Shown: positions 8,861 through 17,843 of the stretch, piece by piece
How positions within the stretch are numbered: position 1 is the stretch's first letter
Layout of the letters: each line of letters starts with the position of its first letter
From: Sphingomonas sp.
GTDB lineage: Bacteria; Pseudomonadota; Alphaproteobacteria; Sphingomonadales; Sphingomonadaceae
Direction of reading: 5' to 3'
Length of the DNA: 64,000 nucleotides
Assembly: GCA_051955175.1 (NCBI GenBank)
Contig: JBQCHA010000159.1
Coordinates: 10,791-74,790, forward strand
The notes under the pieces: model-generated
The model's database searches: none
What the model saw: the letters and a program-made list of their open reading frames with translations, nothing else
Told to the model about the DNA's origin: nothing
Made by a program: the position numbers and the translations under genes

Positions 8861-11800
8861 TCAGAAGTGGAACCGCACGCCGGCGGTGATCCGTCGCCCG
8901 TAGCCGTAGACGTCGAGCAACTGGTTCTTGAAGCGACCATGGGTGCTTTGCACCGCGTTGAAGATATTGTTCGCGTCGAAGAACACGTTGACGTCCTTGG
9001 TCAATTGGTAGCTGGTGCTGAAATCGACCTGCGTGTTGGCGTTGACGAAGGTCGGTTCGGACCCGAAGGCGCCGGTATTCTGCACCTGCCCGAACTGCAG
9101 CAGATATTCGTCGCGCCAATTGACCGCGACGCGCGCTTCCAGCCCGTTCTTGTCGTAGAAGCCGACGAAGTTCGCCGAATTCGCAAGACCCGTGACGGCG
9201 AAACCGCTCTGGCTGATGTCGGTCGGATCATAGGGCTTGTTGGTATCGACGAACGTCGCGTTGGCATTGAAGCCGAAGCCGCTCTGCCCGAACACCTGCT
9301 GCCACGCGATCTCGACTCCGCGCACCGTGGCGTTCGGCCCGTTGATCCGTTGCGAGACCGAGAATTGCGCCAGCGCGCCGGTCGATGGATCGACCAGCCC
9401 GTCGATCGTCTGCCGCTGCGTCCCCTGAACGATGAAGTTGCTGACGTTCTTCAGGAAGAAGTCGATCGAGGCATAGGAGTTGGAGGCATAGAACCACTCC
9501 GCCGCGAGATCGAAATTGTCCGCGAGATACGGCTTCAGCGACGGATTGCCGCCGCTCGCGGTGAGGGCACCGACACGTTCGCCGCTCGGGATGCTGAGCA
9601 CCGGGTTGAGCAGGTTGAGTGCCGGCCGCGTCAACGTTCGTGACGCGTCGAAGCGGATGTCGAGCCGATCGGTCAGGTCCAGCTTCATGTCGATGCTGGG
9701 CAGCAGATAGGCATAATCGGTCGACGTCGAGATGTTCTGCACGTCCGGCGAGAAGGCGACCGTCAGCAGCGTCTTGTCGGTCTGGCTGGCGGTGATGCCG
9801 GTCGGCACCTGCCCGACGCCGGTCGAGGTGACGTGCGTCACTTCCTCTCGTGCGCCGGCGTCGAAGTGGAACCTCATCCCGCCGATGTCGGTCTCGAAAT
9901 TCGCCTTCAGATAGGCCGCCCAGGTCTTTTCGGTGATGAACTGGATGCTGCTGGGGTTGAGCTTGACGCTCAACTGGCCGTGATAATTGTTGAGCCCGTT
10001 GGTCGTGTCGGTCGGGTAATTGAAGCCCGGGATGTTCTTGGCATAGGGATCGCCGAGGCCTTCCAGATAGGCCTGGTATTGCTCGGGCGAGATCCGGATC
10101 AGGTCGGGCGGCAGCGCGCCGGAATAGCCCGGGATGAAGTTGTTGGTGCTGACCTTGCCCAGGAACAGGCTGGAAGGCAGCGCCACGCCGCCGCCGGTGC
10201 CCGATGCCGGGCCGTAGCCGGCATAGGCCTGCCAGAAGTTGTTGGTGAAGGTGTCCGACATCTGGAAGTGGAACGAATCCTCCAGATACGATCCGCCGAG
10301 CTTCAGCGTCAGATCGTCCTGCTTCCACTCGGCGGCCAGCCGCGCCTGCTTCAGCGTGTCGGTGTTGCGCGGCGCCTGATTGACCGTGACGTGCGAGCCG
10401 ATGATCGACGTGTCGCTCCACCGCGAGGCATCGCCGTTCGGGCCATAGCCGTGGAACACCGGCAGGTGATCGGTGCTGTCGCCTTCGATCCTCAGGCCCG
10501 CCGTCGGCCCGATCGAATAGCCATAGCCGACGTCGGCATCGGTCGTGCTGTAGCGGCCGTCGGGATCGAGCTCGCTCTTGGCATAGGCGCCGTCCGCCTC
10601 GAGATGGAAATGCTCGCCGACGTCCCATTTGACGTTGAGGCCGACCTGGTTGGTCCGCTGATAGGTGCGGTCGGTCGCCGCGGTGAAGTCGGTCTGCGAT
10701 CCCGCCTGGGTGAAATCGGTGGTCGTGCCGTTCTTGTCGAGCACGACGTTGCGCAGGCTGCCCTGGTTGAACCAGATGCCGTAGCCGAAGGTGTCGGTCT
10801 TGATCTTCTGGTTCGAGTAATTGTCGTCGACGGTGAACAGCAGGTTGTCCGCCGGGCGCCATTGCAGCGCCAGGCGCGCATCGACACGCTCGTCACGGGT
10901 ATAGGATTGCTGCGCGCCATATTGCTGTTCGAACCAGCCGACGACCGTCTGCCGATTGGCCGGATCAGCCCAGGCGCCCGCGTTCGGATCGCTGGTCGGG
11001 CTGCAGGTCGCCGCCGTGCTGCCCTCCAGCTGGCAGGGCGCGTAATGGCCGCCGGGCCAGCCGTGCACATAGACGTTGTTGGTCTGCGTATCGTGTCGCG
11101 TGTAGATGAGGTCGGCCAGGATGCCGAGCGTGTCATGGGCAAAGGTGTCGCTGATCAGCGCGCCCGCGACCGGCGTGATCTTGCCGGCATAACCCTGCAG
11201 CGATCCTGCCGCCGACGCCGCGACATGCAGGCCCGGCCGATCCATCGGTTTGGGATAGGCGATATTCAGCGTCGCGCCGATCGAACTGGAGGTCAGCGAG
11301 ACATCGGGGGTCTTCAGCACCGCCAGGCTGCCGATGAATTCGGAGCCGACGGTGCTGAAGTCGATCGAGCGGCCGCCGGTCGCGGTGGACAGACGTCGCC
11401 CGTCGACCAGCGTCGTGTTGAAGTCGCCGCCGAAGCCGCGCACGGTGATGCCGGTCGCTTCGCCGCGCGGGCCGTTGCGCTGGATCGAGACGCCGGGCAG
11501 CCGCTGCAGCGACGCGGCGACGTTCGAATCGGGGAACTTGCCGATGTCCTCGGACGAGATCACGTCGACGACGCCGGGCGCCTCACGCTTGGCATCCAGG
11601 TTGCGCTGCAAGGAGCCGATGATGCCGGTGACGATGATGTCGGCCGGCTGGTTCTGCGCCGTGCCGCCCAGCGGCGCGTCGGTCTGCGCCGCCGGATTGG
11701 CCGGCAGCGACGCCGTCGGTTCGGTAGAGCTCGGCTGCGTGCTGGTGTCCTGCTGATCGTGCGGCGCGGCCGCCGGGCTCGCCAAGGCGGGCGTGGCGGC

Positions 11801-11905
11801 GATGCCGAGCCCGATCAGTCCCGAAACGCTGCCCAGCAACAGGCGCCGGTAGCGCGCCGATTGTCGCGACGGGCCAAACGGATGTCGTGTGGTGCTGTTT
11901 TTCAT
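8861..11905 (-). CDS. TonB-dependent receptor (glycan-locus type)
   Basis: Signal peptide, DIIVTG TonB box, DIGKFPDSNVAASLQRLPGV plug, GNPSLKP, C-terminal Phe. Confidence 0.95.
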   Translation of the reverse strand: MKNSTTRHPFGPSRQSARYRRLLLGSVSGLIGLGIAATPALASPAAAPHDQQDTSTQPSSTEPTASLPANPAAQTDAPLGGTAQNQPADIIVTGIIGSLQRNLDAKREAPGVVDVISSEDIGKFPDSNVAASLQRLPGVSIQRNGPRGEATGITVRGFGGDFNTTLVDGRRLSTATGGRSIDFSTVGSEFIGSLAVLKTPDVSLTSSSIGATLNIAYPKPMDRPGLHVAASAAGSLQGYAGKITPVAGALISDTFAHDTLGILADLIYTRHDTQTNNVYVHGWPGGHYAPCQLEGSTAATCSPTSDPNAGAWADPANRQTVVGWFEQQYGAQQSYTRDERVDARLALQWRPADNLLFTVDDNYSNQKIKTDTFGYGIWFNQGSLRNVVLDKNGTTTDFTQAGSQTDFTAATDRTYQRTNQVGLNVKWDVGEHFHLEADGAYAKSELDPDGRYSTTDADVGYGYSIGPTAGLRIEGDSTDHLPVFHGYGPNGDASRWSDTSIIGSHVTVNQAPRNTDTLKQARLAAEWKQDDLTLKLGGSYLEDSFHFQMSDTFTNNFWQAYAGYGPASGTGGGVALPSSLFLGKVSTNNFIPGYSGALPPDLIRISPEQYQAYLEGLGDPYAKNIPGFNYPTDTTNGLNNYHGQLSVKLNPSSIQFITEKTWAAYLKANFETDIGGMRFHFDAGAREEVTHVTSTGVGQVPTGITASQTDKTLLTVAFSPDVQNISTSTDYAYLLPSIDMKLDLTDRLDIRFDASRTLTRPALNLLNPVLSIPSGERVGALTASGGNPSLKPYLADNFDLAAEWFYASNSYASIDFFLKNVSNFIVQGTQRQTIDGLVDPSTGALAQFSVSQRINGPNATVRGVEIAWQQVFGQSGFGFNANATFVDTNKPYDPTDISQSGFAVTGLANSANFVGFYDKNGLEARVAVNWRDEYLLQFGQVQNTGAFGSEPTFVNANTQVDFSTSYQLTKDVNVFFDANNIFNAVQSTHGRFKNQLLDVYGYGRRITAGVRFHF

Positions 11906-12082
11906 TCCCCACTCTCCCCAATCGTTATCGCTGGCCGGCAGACTGCCGTGCCAACTCTCTTTGAAGCCGAGAGCGGCGCACCGACGGGGAGAACACAGAA
12001 ACGCTGAGGTCGCCGAAGCGACCTACCTCCCCTGTTCGAACGCGCCCTTGTCCCGGGCTTGGCACGGATCGTACACAATCAA

Positions 12083-12094
12083 GATAGCGCTATC
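12083..12094. promoter_or_regulatory. LacI-family operator-like palindrome GATAGCGCTATC
   Basis: Perfect 12-bp palindrome with central CG in the divergent TBDR/sapC intergenic region; variants at 17812-17823 and 48800-48811. Confidence 0.65.
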
Positions 12095-12103
12095 AATGGA
12101 ATT

Positions 12104-12115
12104 TTGTACGAGTAA
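12104..12115. promoter_or_regulatory. Repeated operator-like motif TTGTACGAGTAA
   Basis: Exact copies at 13954-13965 and (reverse complement) 48751-48762. Confidence 0.65.
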
Positions 12116-12192
12116 TAGCGGCGCCGATTTGCTTGCGCTAAGTGGGTGCAATGTGCTGGCTTTGCCGGGCACGGCGGGGAGGATGACGAGCG

Positions 12193-12873
12193 ATGGCGAG
12201 TGACCTGGAGATTCTGAACAGCGGCGCCCATCGCGATTTGCGCCTTGCGCCGGCGCAGATCGGCGCGCAGCATTTCGTGCGGATCGTCGCCGGCGAAATC
12301 GCGTCTGCGGCGGCGCATTGCCCGGTGGTGTTCAGCAAGAATCCCGAGGACGGGCGGTTTTATGTCGGCGCAATGCTGGGCTTCGTTCCGGGTGAAAACC
12401 TGCTGGCCGACGAGGATTTGGGCGCGGCGGGATTCCGGCCGCTCGACGCAGTGCGCGAAGGGTTCTTCGTCGCCGGCCCTGATATCGCCATCGATCCGCG
12501 ACATCCCCGCTTCCGCGCCGGCGCCGCGATGTTCGAGGATGACGGCCACCCCAGCGATGCGCTGCGCGAAGTGCAGCATGCGCTTGGTCGGCTGAAGGTG
12601 GGGCTGGCGGAGACCGACGCCTTCATCGATGCGCTGCTGAAGGTGCGGGCGATCGAGGCGCTCGACGTTTCGATGCGGTTCGACGATGGCGAGCAGATCA
12701 CCCTCGCCGGCGTCTACACCGTCAGCCTGGACGCGCTGCACGAGCTTGACGACCCGGCGGCGCTGGCGCTGTTCCGCAGCGGGCACCTGCAGCTCGCCTA
12801 TCTGACGGCCGGTTCGCTGAAGCAGATACCGGTGCTGGCCGGGCGGCGGAACCGCTTGCTGGCGCTCGCCTGA
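12193..12873 (+). CDS. SapC family protein
   Basis: LNSGAHRDLRL, PVVFSK, LGFVPGENL, GVYTVSLDAL and LFRSGHL patterns; context next to halogenase and cupin. Confidence 0.85.
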   Translation: MASDLEILNSGAHRDLRLAPAQIGAQHFVRIVAGEIASAAAHCPVVFSKNPEDGRFYVGAMLGFVPGENLLADEDLGAAGFRPLDAVREGFFVAGPDIAIDPRHPRFRAGAAMFEDDGHPSDALREVQHALGRLKVGLAETDAFIDALLKVRAIEALDVSMRFDDGEQITLAGVYTVSLDALHELDDPAALALFRSGHLQLAYLTAGSLKQIPVLAGRRNRLLALA

Positions 12874-12874
12874 C

Positions 12875-13894
12875 ATGACCGCTGGCGCGCCTCGCGACAT
12901 CCCGGCCGCGGCGATCGGCGATGCCGACAGCTTTCGACGCGAGGTTGCCGAGCCGTGCCAGCCGGTGGTGCTGCGCGGGCTCTGCGCCGGATGGCCGGCG
13001 ACCCGGGCAGCCGCGCAATCGTGGCCCGAGCTGGCGCAGTATCTGACGCGGTTCGACGTCGGCGCGGCGGCACAGGTGTTCGTCGGCGATCGCGCGATTG
13101 CCGGCCGCTATTTCTATGACGACGATCTTGCCGGCTTCAACTTCGCGCGCGAGACGCTGACGCTGCGCGAGACGCTCTCCCGCATCGGCGCGGCCGCCGA
13201 TGATGCGGCGCTGCCGTCGGTCTACATGGGCTCGCTGCCGGCGAGCGCGGTGGTGCCGGGGTTCGCCGCCGAGAACGCAACGCCGCTCATCGATCCCGCG
13301 ATCGAGCCGCGCATCTGGATCGGCAACGCCTCGACCGTCGCCTGCCATTTCGACACGTTCGACAATCTGGCCTGTGTGGTGCGCGGCAGCCGCCGCTTCA
13401 CGCTCTACCCGCCCGAGGCGATCGGCAACCTGTACGTCGGGCCGCTCGATCACACGATGGCCGGACAGCCGGTCGGGCTGGCGGTCGGCAGCGCGCCCGG
13501 CGATCCCCGCTATCCGCGCTTCGAAGCGATCCGCGACCAGGCGCTGGTCGCCGACCTGGTCCCCGGCGACGCGCTCTATCTGCCCAAATTATGGTGGCAT
13601 CAGGTGGAGGCGCAGGGACCGGCGAACCTGCTGGTCAATTACTGGTGGGACGGGTTCGCCGCCGGCCCGGACGCGCCGTTCACCACCATGCTGCTGGCGA
13701 TGATCGCCATCGCCGAGCGACCCGCGGCCGAGCGCGCCGCGTGGCGCGCGTTCTTCGACCATTATGTGTTCCGGCCCGCCGGCCACCCGCTTGCTCATTT
13801 GCCGGACGAAAAGCACGGCGTGCTGGGGCCGTTGCAGGACGGCAATTACCGCCGGCTGCGGGCGATGATCATGCAGCAGCTGCGCGGCGGCTGA
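12875..13894 (+). CDS. Cupin_8 / JmjC-like Fe(II)/2-oxoglutarate protein (Pass1-like)
   Basis: IWIGN, HxD (CHFDTFDNL) and distal His (WWHQVE), LVNYWW. Confidence 0.88.
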   Translation: MTAGAPRDIPAAAIGDADSFRREVAEPCQPVVLRGLCAGWPATRAAAQSWPELAQYLTRFDVGAAAQVFVGDRAIAGRYFYDDDLAGFNFARETLTLRETLSRIGAAADDAALPSVYMGSLPASAVVPGFAAENATPLIDPAIEPRIWIGNASTVACHFDTFDNLACVVRGSRRFTLYPPEAIGNLYVGPLDHTMAGQPVGLAVGSAPGDPRYPRFEAIRDQALVADLVPGDALYLPKLWWHQVEAQGPANLLVNYWWDGFAAGPDAPFTTMLLAMIAIAERPAAERAAWRAFFDHYVFRPAGHPLAHLPDEKHGVLGPLQDGNYRRLRAMIMQQLRGG

Positions 13895-13953
13895 TCCGGG
13901 GCTCGCGCCGCAGCCCCGTCGATAGCGGCTTGCATCGATCCGCCCGCCTTATA

Positions 13954-13965
13954 TTGTACGAGTAA
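13954..13965. promoter_or_regulatory. Operator-like motif TTGTACGAGTAA upstream of GH3
   Basis: Exact match to 12104-12115, about 40 nt upstream of the GH3 start. Confidence 0.65.
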
Positions 13966-14002
13966 TTGCGGTCTCCTGAGCCGCAGCTCAACGGAGGGGG
14001 AA

Positions 14003-16552
14003 ATGATGCGTCGATCTGTCCTGTGTCGTGTTTCGCTGGCGGCAATCGTTCTGGGTCTCACCGCGTCGCCAGCGCCCGCGCAGCAGCAGAACGACGGCCC
14101 CTCCCCCGTGCGCGTCGAGGCGCGCGACATGGCGGCGAAGCTGGTCGCGCGCATGACGCTCGACGAGAAGCTGGGGCAATTGCTCAACCATGCCCCGGCG
14201 ATCCCGCGGCTCGACATCCCTGCCTACAATTGGTGGACCGAATCGCTGCACGGGGCGCTGGGGCCGGTGCCGACCACCAACTTCCCGGAGCCGATCGGGC
14301 TGGGCGCCAGCTTCGACGCGCCGCTGGTCCACCGCGTTGCCACGACGATCAGCCAGGAAGTGCGCGCGCTGCACACCCTGCAGCGGCAGAGCGGCAAGGT
14401 GGAGAATATGCAGGGCGGGCTCGACAGCTGGTCGCCCAACATCAACATCTTCCGCGATCCGCGCTGGGGCCGCGGCCAGGAGACCTATGGCGAGGACCCG
14501 TTCCTGACCGCGACCATGGGCCTCGCGTTCATCACCGGGCTGCAGGGTAGCGACCCCGACCTGCCGCAGGTGATCGCCACCCCAAAGCATTTCGACGTGC
14601 ACAGCGGCCCCGAATCGACGCGCCACGTCGCCGACGTGTTCGTCTCGCCGCACGATCTGGTCGACACCTATCTGCCCGCGTTCCGCGCCGCGATCACCGA
14701 GGCCAAGGCGCAGTCGATCATGTGCGCCTATAACCGCATCGACGGCCAGCCGGCCTGCGCCAACGACATGCTGCTGAAGCATTATCTGGGCGGCGCTTGG
14801 GGTTTCCAGGGCTATGTCGTGTCCGATTGCGATGCGGTGACCGATATCGGCCGCACGCATCATTACGCGCCCGACGATGCCACGGCGGTCGCCGCGGCGA
14901 TCCACGGCGGCGTCGACAATGAGTGCAACACCGGCACGCTGCGGGGCGAGACGGGGCTGACCGATCGCTATCGCGAGGCGTTGAAGCGCGGGCTGATCAG
15001 CGTCGGTGACATTGATCATGCGCTGACGCTGCTGTTTTCCGCGCGCTATCGCACCGGCGACCTGCCCGGCCTGACCGGCGCGGCGGCGGCGGTGCCGCCG
15101 TCGGCGATCGGCACGCCGGCGCACACGCAACTCGCGCTGACCGCGGCCGAAGAAAGCCTGGTGCTGCTCAAGAACGACGGCATCCTGCCGCTGAAGCCGG
15201 GCATGAAGCTCGCCGTGGTCGGTCCGCTGGCCGATGCGGTGCGCGTGCTGCGCGGCAATTACTCGTCGCCGCAGTCGGTGGCGCCGGTATCGGTGCTCGA
15301 CGGCCTGCGCCGCGTGCTGCCGGGCGACACGCTGACACACGTCCCGTTCGGCGAATCGATGACCGATGGCGATCCGGTGCCCGAGACGGCGCTCACCAGC
15401 GCTGCCGGCAAGCCGGGTCTCGCCACCGCCACCCAACCCGATGCAAAGGCGCCCAGCAAGACCCGTACGATCAAGACCGGGTTCCTCGTTCCCAAGGAAA
15501 GCGGCACCTATCGGCTGGGGCTCGACGGCACCGGCGGGACGCTGACGTTCGACGGCGCGATGATCGCCGACCGCCGCGATGCGCAATATAACGACCTGCC
15601 GACGCTGAAGACGGTGACGCTGCAACAAGGCCATCGCTACCCGATCCGCATCGAGGCGACGGGCAACGTCGGTCTGACGTGGAAGCGCATATCCACCGAT
15701 CCCGACGCGGCGCTGCAGCGGGCCGCCGCCGGTGTCGACGCGATCGTCGCGGTGGTCGGCCTCACCTCCGACATCGAGGGCGAGGAAAGCAAGCTGAAGG
15801 CGCCCGGCTTTTCCGGCGGCGACAAGACCAACCTGGCGCTTCCCGCCGACCAGATGGCCTATCTGAAAGCCGCCAAGGCGACCGGCAAGCCGGTGATCGT
15901 GGTGATGATGAACGGCAGCCCGATGGACCTGTCGTGGGAGAAGGACAATGCCGCGGCGATCCTGGAGGCCTGGTATCCCGGCGAGCAGGGCGGCGTGGCA
16001 GTCGCCAACGTCCTGGCCGGCAAGGCCGATCCGGGCGGGCGCCTGCCGCTCACCTTCTACCGCAGCGTCGACGACCTGCCGCCGTTCGATGATTATGCGA
16101 TGGCGGGACGCACCTATCGCTATTTCAAGGGCAAGCCGGTCTATCCGTTCGGCTATGGCCTCAGCTACACCAACTTCGCGTACGGGCCCCTGACGCTCAC
16201 CCCAGCGGCCGGCGGCGCCGAACAGGGGCTGCGCGTCGCGACTACGGTGCGCAACACCGGGGCCCGGCCGGGCGACGAGGTGGCCCAGCTCTATCTCAAC
16301 TTCCCCGATGTGGCGGGCGCGCCGCAGGTCGCGCTGCGGGGTTTCCAGCGCCTCCACCTCGCTCCGGGCGAAGCGCGGCAGGTGACATTCGACCTGTCAC
16401 CGCGCGATCTGAGTGCGGTCACCGCCGACGGCACGCGCGAGGTGATGCCGGGCAGCTATCGCGTCACCGTCGGTTCGGGCCAGCCGGGCGCCGGCGTTGC
16501 CGGTCAGTCCACCACCTTCGCGACGGCGAAAGCGGTGGTGCTGCCCGAATAG
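14003..16552 (+). CDS. GH3 beta-xylosidase/beta-glucosidase with PA14-like insert and Fn3-like C-terminus
   Basis: WWTESLHG, RDPRWGRGQETYGEDP, VVSDC nucleophile motif, YPFGYGLSYT. Confidence 0.92.
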   Translation: MMRRSVLCRVSLAAIVLGLTASPAPAQQQNDGPSPVRVEARDMAAKLVARMTLDEKLGQLLNHAPAIPRLDIPAYNWWTESLHGALGPVPTTNFPEPIGLGASFDAPLVHRVATTISQEVRALHTLQRQSGKVENMQGGLDSWSPNINIFRDPRWGRGQETYGEDPFLTATMGLAFITGLQGSDPDLPQVIATPKHFDVHSGPESTRHVADVFVSPHDLVDTYLPAFRAAITEAKAQSIMCAYNRIDGQPACANDMLLKHYLGGAWGFQGYVVSDCDAVTDIGRTHHYAPDDATAVAAAIHGGVDNECNTGTLRGETGLTDRYREALKRGLISVGDIDHALTLLFSARYRTGDLPGLTGAAAAVPPSAIGTPAHTQLALTAAEESLVLLKNDGILPLKPGMKLAVVGPLADAVRVLRGNYSSPQSVAPVSVLDGLRRVLPGDTLTHVPFGESMTDGDPVPETALTSAAGKPGLATATQPDAKAPSKTRTIKTGFLVPKESGTYRLGLDGTGGTLTFDGAMIADRRDAQYNDLPTLKTVTLQQGHRYPIRIEATGNVGLTWKRISTDPDAALQRAAAGVDAIVAVVGLTSDIEGEESKLKAPGFSGGDKTNLALPADQMAYLKAAKATGKPVIVVMMNGSPMDLSWEKDNAAAILEAWYPGEQGGVAVANVLAGKADPGGRLPLTFYRSVDDLPPFDDYAMAGRTYRYFKGKPVYPFGYGLSYTNFAYGPLTLTPAAGGAEQGLRVATTVRNTGARPGDEVAQLYLNFPDVAGAPQVALRGFQRLHLAPGEARQVTFDLSPRDLSAVTADGTREVMPGSYRVTVGSGQPGAGVAGQSTTFATAKAVVLPE

Positions 16553-16558
16553 CAGCCG

Positions 16559-17638
16559 TCAGGCCGGCACCGGTGCCTCGCCGAAGGCGCGGCGCAACGC
16601 GTTCATCTTGGCGAGCGTGAACGCGCGCGCAATCGGCGCCTCGGCGGCGGCGCCGTCGAAGCCGTGGAAGGCGCCCGGCACGATGTGCAGCTCGGTGGCG
16701 ATGCCGGCATCGATCAGGCGGCGCGCGTAGACGATGTCCTCATCGACGAACAGGTCGATCGAGCCGACGCCAATGAACGCGGGCGGCAGCCCGGCGAGGC
16801 TCGCGGTGCGTGCCGGCACCGCCGCCGGCGGCACGCCGGCGGTGCCCGGCGCCTGGCCCAGGAACGACCGCCAGCCGAATACATTGGCGGGCACGTCCCA
16901 TGCCATCGCGCCGATCGGCGGCCGCGGCCCGACCGTGCTGCCGGTACGATCGTCGAGCATCGGATAGACGAGGCACTGGAAGGCGAGCGGCACCTCGCCG
17001 CGATCGCGCGCGACGATGGCCAGCAGCGCGGCGTGGCCGCCGCCGGCGCTTTCGCCCATCACCGCGATGCGCTGGCGGTCGACGCCGAGCGTGTCGGCAT
17101 GGTCGTGGAGCCATTTGAGCGCGGCGTAATTCTGCGGCACCGACACGCGATAGGTCGCCTCCGGCGCCAGCGCGTAGTCGACCGTCACGATGACGCAGCC
17201 CAGCGCCTTGGCGATCTGCTGCTTGGCGGGGATTTCGTCGCGCGCGCGGCCCAGCACGAAGCCGCCGCCATGGGTGTGGAGGATCGCCGGTCGCCGCTCA
17301 CCGCCGGCATTGATCACGTAGATCGTGACGTCGGGAATGCCGGCACCCGCGGCGATGGTGTGCGACGTGACCGGCACGTCGGCGAGCAGCTTGGGCGCCG
17401 GCCCCGCCTGCTGCCGGATCGAGCGATAGGTCTCGGACAACGGCGGCCCCTTGCGCCAGCCGAGCGCCACGCGCGCGGCATCGCGCAGTTCGGGATTTAC
17501 GTGGGCGAGCAGTTCCTCGTCCGACATCATCGGCGGGGCCGGCGATTGCGCCAGCGCCCGCGTGCCGCCGCCCGCCGCGGCCAGTGTGCCCAGCAGCAAG
17601 GCGGTGGCGGTAAGGTCGCGTCGCGTGATGTCGGTCAT
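16559..17638 (-). CDS. HSL-family (family IV) esterase/lipase with Tat signal
   Basis: TRRDL twin-arginine leader, HGGGF, GESAGG, FHGF. Confidence 0.88.
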   Translation of the reverse strand: MTDITRRDLTATALLLGTLAAAGGGTRALAQSPAPPMMSDEELLAHVNPELRDAARVALGWRKGPPLSETYRSIRQQAGPAPKLLADVPVTSHTIAAGAGIPDVTIYVINAGGERRPAILHTHGGGFVLGRARDEIPAKQQIAKALGCVIVTVDYALAPEATYRVSVPQNYAALKWLHDHADTLGVDRQRIAVMGESAGGGHAALLAIVARDRGEVPLAFQCLVYPMLDDRTGSTVGPRPPIGAMAWDVPANVFGWRSFLGQAPGTAGVPPAAVPARTASLAGLPPAFIGVGSIDLFVDEDIVYARRLIDAGIATELHIVPGAFHGFDGAAAEAPIARAFTLAKMNALRRAFGEAPVPA

Positions 17639-17843
17639 GTCGATCCCCTCTCCTCGCCCGGTCCATCGTCGGCCCGTTTTGTCCGGCCAATGCGCTGGAC
17701 CTGGCCCAGCCTCTCTCCGGTCGTCCTGTCTCTCAACCTACCGGGGCGCGCAGCGATTGCCAGCAGCCAAGAAGCCATTGATCGCGTGGGATCACCCCGA
17801 TAATGTCTGATGATAGCGATACCAGAATAAACAGGGAGAGGTA

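Noticed and set aside
9833-12007. Long antisense ORFs (also 13988-16357, 21987-24152, 29158-31326, 43667-46372, 53656-56439)
   Set aside because: Shadow frames opposite well-supported genes, expected in high-GC DNA; no recognisable motifs
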